From Acidimicrobiales bacterium (GTDB lineage Bacteria > Actinomycetota > Acidimicrobiia > Acidimicrobiales > Bog-793): a DNA stretch of 64,000 nucleotides. The first letter of the stretch is position 1. Each line of letters starts with the position of its first letter. The stretch covers positions 5,091 to 69,090 of the forward strand of contig JBEKLQ010000001.1 of assembly GCA_050010115.1 (NCBI GenBank), in the 5' to 3' direction. This document shows, piece after piece, positions 62,510 through 64,000 of this stretch. A program made the translations under genes and the position numbers. The notes below the pieces were generated by a model. It was not told the DNA's origin and did not search any database. It was given only the letters and a program-made list of their open reading frames with translations.

Positions 62510-62518
62510 TGATATAGT
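62510..62518 (+). promoter_or_regulatory. Candidate extended -10 promoter element for the rpsL-rpsG-fusA operon
   Basis: TGATATAGT (TGn + TATAGT) sits in a short AT-rich patch about 73 nt upstream of the rpsL GTG. No convincing -35 element was found. Confidence 0.4.
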
Positions 62519-62590
62519 CATATTGCCCTGGCGGGGCAGGTGTTTCGCGCCCCCGCACCCAACCGGCGATCAGACTTCAAGAGGATTCGC

Positions 62591-62962
62591 GTGCCCACAA
62601 TCGCCCAGCTCGTCCGCAGCGGCCGAGAGACTCCGAGGACGAAGACCAAGACACCCGCGCTCAAAGGCGCCCCGCAACGCCGGGGCGTGTGCACGCGTGT
62701 CTACACGACGACTCCGAAGAAGCCGAACTCGGCGCTTCGCAAGGTCGCCCGTGTCCGCCTCACGAGTGGGGTCGAGGTCACGGCGTTCATCCCTGGGGTC
62801 GGGCACAACCTCCAGGAGCACTCGATCGTGCTCGTGCGCGGCGGCCGCGTGAAGGACCTCCCGGGCGTGCGCTACAAGATCGTTCGCGGGACGCTCGATA
62901 CCTCCGGCGTACGTGACCGTGCTCAGGCCCGCAGCCGTTACGGAACGAAGAAGGAGTCCTGA
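62591..62962 (+). CDS. rpsL: 30S ribosomal protein S12
   Basis: GTG start after [18 protein letters not shown]...[75 protein letters not shown]. Confidence 0.96.
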   Translation: MPTIAQLVRSGRETPRTKTKTPALKGAPQRRGVCTRVYTTTPKKPNSALRKVARVRLTSGVEVTAFIPGVGHNLQEHSIVLVRGGRVKDLPGVRYKIVRGTLDTSGVRDRAQARSRYGTKKES

Positions 62963-62963
62963 G

Positions 62964-63434
62964 TTGCCCCGCAACGGCCCCCCACCGCGTCGTGAGCTTG
63001 TACCGGACCCTGTCTACCGGTCCGTGCTCGTCACCCAGCTCGTCAACAAGATCCTGTCCCGCGGCAAGCGCTCACTTGCCGAGCGAATCGTCTACGAGGC
63101 GCTCGAGGTGGTCAAGGAGAAGACGGCTGCCGACCCGATCCAGGCACTGAAGCGGGCGCTCGACAACACCCGGCCGGACCTCGAGGTGAAGAGCCGGCGA
63201 GTGGGCGGTGCGACGTACCAGGTCCCAGTCGAGGTGAGGCCTCGGCGGGCAACCACGCTCTCGATCCGCTGGCTCGTGACCTACGCTGCCCAGAGGCGTG
63301 AGCGCACGATGGCGCTCAAGCTCGCCAACGAGATCCTCGATGCATCCAATGGCATCGGTGCAGCCGTGAAACGCAAAGAGGACATGCACAAGATGGCCGA
63401 GTCGAACAAGGCGTTCGCGCACTACCGCTGGTAG
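62964..63434 (+). CDS. rpsG: 30S ribosomal protein S7
   Basis: TTG start after [78 protein letters not shown]. Confidence 0.95.
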   Translation: MPRNGPPPRRELVPDPVYRSVLVTQLVNKILSRGKRSLAERIVYEALEVVKEKTAADPIQALKRALDNTRPDLEVKSRRVGGATYQVPVEVRPRRATTLSIRWLVTYAAQRRERTMALKLANEILDASNGIGAAVKRKEDMHKMAESNKAFAHYRW

Positions 63435-63569
63435 GACCGGTCCTGGCGGCCGGCTGACCCGGCGGCTACCACGACGTCTCGGGGCCTGACGGGACCCGAG
63501 CCTCACGACCTATCGCGGCCGCACCACGACCAACAGCTGCCGACACAGGCAAGAGAAGACACGATCGAC

Positions 63570-64000
63570 ATGGCAACAACTTCAATCCGCGAATTCCCGC
63601 TCGCCAGGACCCGGAACATCGGGATCATGGCTCACATCGACGCGGGCAAGACCACGACGACCGAGCGGATCTTGTACTACACGGGTCGCAACTACAAGAT
63701 GGGCGAGGTTCACGAGGGCGGCGCCACGATGGACTGGATGATCCAGGAGCAGGAGCGCGGCATCACGATCACCTCGGCTGCGACGACGTGCCGTTGGAAG
63801 AACACCTGGATCAACATCATCGACACCCCGGGCCATGTCGACTTCACCGTCGAGGTCGAGCGGTCGCTGCGGGTGCTCGACGGGGCCGTCGCGGTCTTCG
63901 ACGCCGTGGCCGGCGTTGAGCCGCAGACCGAAACCGTGTGGCGGCAGGCGAACAAGTACCACGTGCCGCGCATCTGCTTCATCAACAAGATGGACCGCGT
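63570..64000 (+). CDS. fusA: Elongation factor G, N-terminal part (3' end outside window)
   Basis: Not in the ORF track because it is open-ended. My translation is [39 protein letters not shown]...[25 protein letters not shown]...NKMDR, which gives the G1, G3 and G4 motifs. Confidence 0.93.
   Translation, partial: MATTSIREFPLARTRNIGIMAHIDAGKTTTTERILYYTGRNYKMGEVHEGGATMDWMIQEQERGITITSAATTCRWKNTWINIIDTPGHVDFTVEVERSLRVLDGAVAVFDAVAGVEPQTETVWRQANKYHVPRICFINKMDR

Overview
This is a visibly GC-rich, actinobacterial-type chromosomal core segment, with frequent GTG/TTG starts and many 4-nt ATGA/GTGA/TTGA start-stop overlaps. Gene order is as follows. The window opens with the 3' end of an acyl-CoA ligase gene and rex-hemA-hemC-cobA/hemD-hemB-hemL. 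A 73-bp tandem repeat array follows. Next is a minus-strand operon (secreted protein, OmpR-type response regulator, histidine kinase), then an SNF2 helicase + SWIM zinc-finger pair and a geranylgeranyl-reductase-family flavoprotein. A 678-aa exported protein built from 14 Cys-pair repeats sits immediately upstream of a complete nuoA-N cluster. After nuoN come a large LpxH-like/MprF-like membrane fusion, acs, yajQ, tRNA-Tyr, a cupin, two divergent GT-C-type membrane glycosyltransferase candidates, a crotonase and a GNAT. The window ends with tRNA-Thr, tRNA-Met, rpmG, an ECF sigma/ZAS anti-sigma pair, tRNA-Trp, secE, nusG, rplK, rplA, rplJ, rplL, rpoB, rpoC, a DUF1707-type protein, rpsL, rpsG and the 5' part of fusA. 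I see no transposase, integrase, phage gene, CRISPR-cas locus or recognisable defence or toxin gene, so I cannot point to a clear novel multi-gene system. Six things stand out. (1) The unclassified 14-repeat Cys-pair protein next to nuoA. (2) A structured nested-palindrome element present as a 73-bp tandem array after hemL and as an inverted copy upstream of rpsL. (3) An MprF-type aminoacyl-lipid synthase domain fused to an LpxH-like domain whose metal-ligand motifs look degenerate. (4) Many perfect in-frame minisatellites and low-complexity tails inside housekeeping genes (hemC, nuoA/E/G/J, rplJ, the sigma factor, the prenyl reductase). (5) The conserved but functionally obscure SNF2+SWIM pair. 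(6) A sigma/anti-sigma module inserted in the rpmG-trpT-secE locus. All functional calls come from motifs read in the supplied translations and from remembered family signatures. No database search was run.
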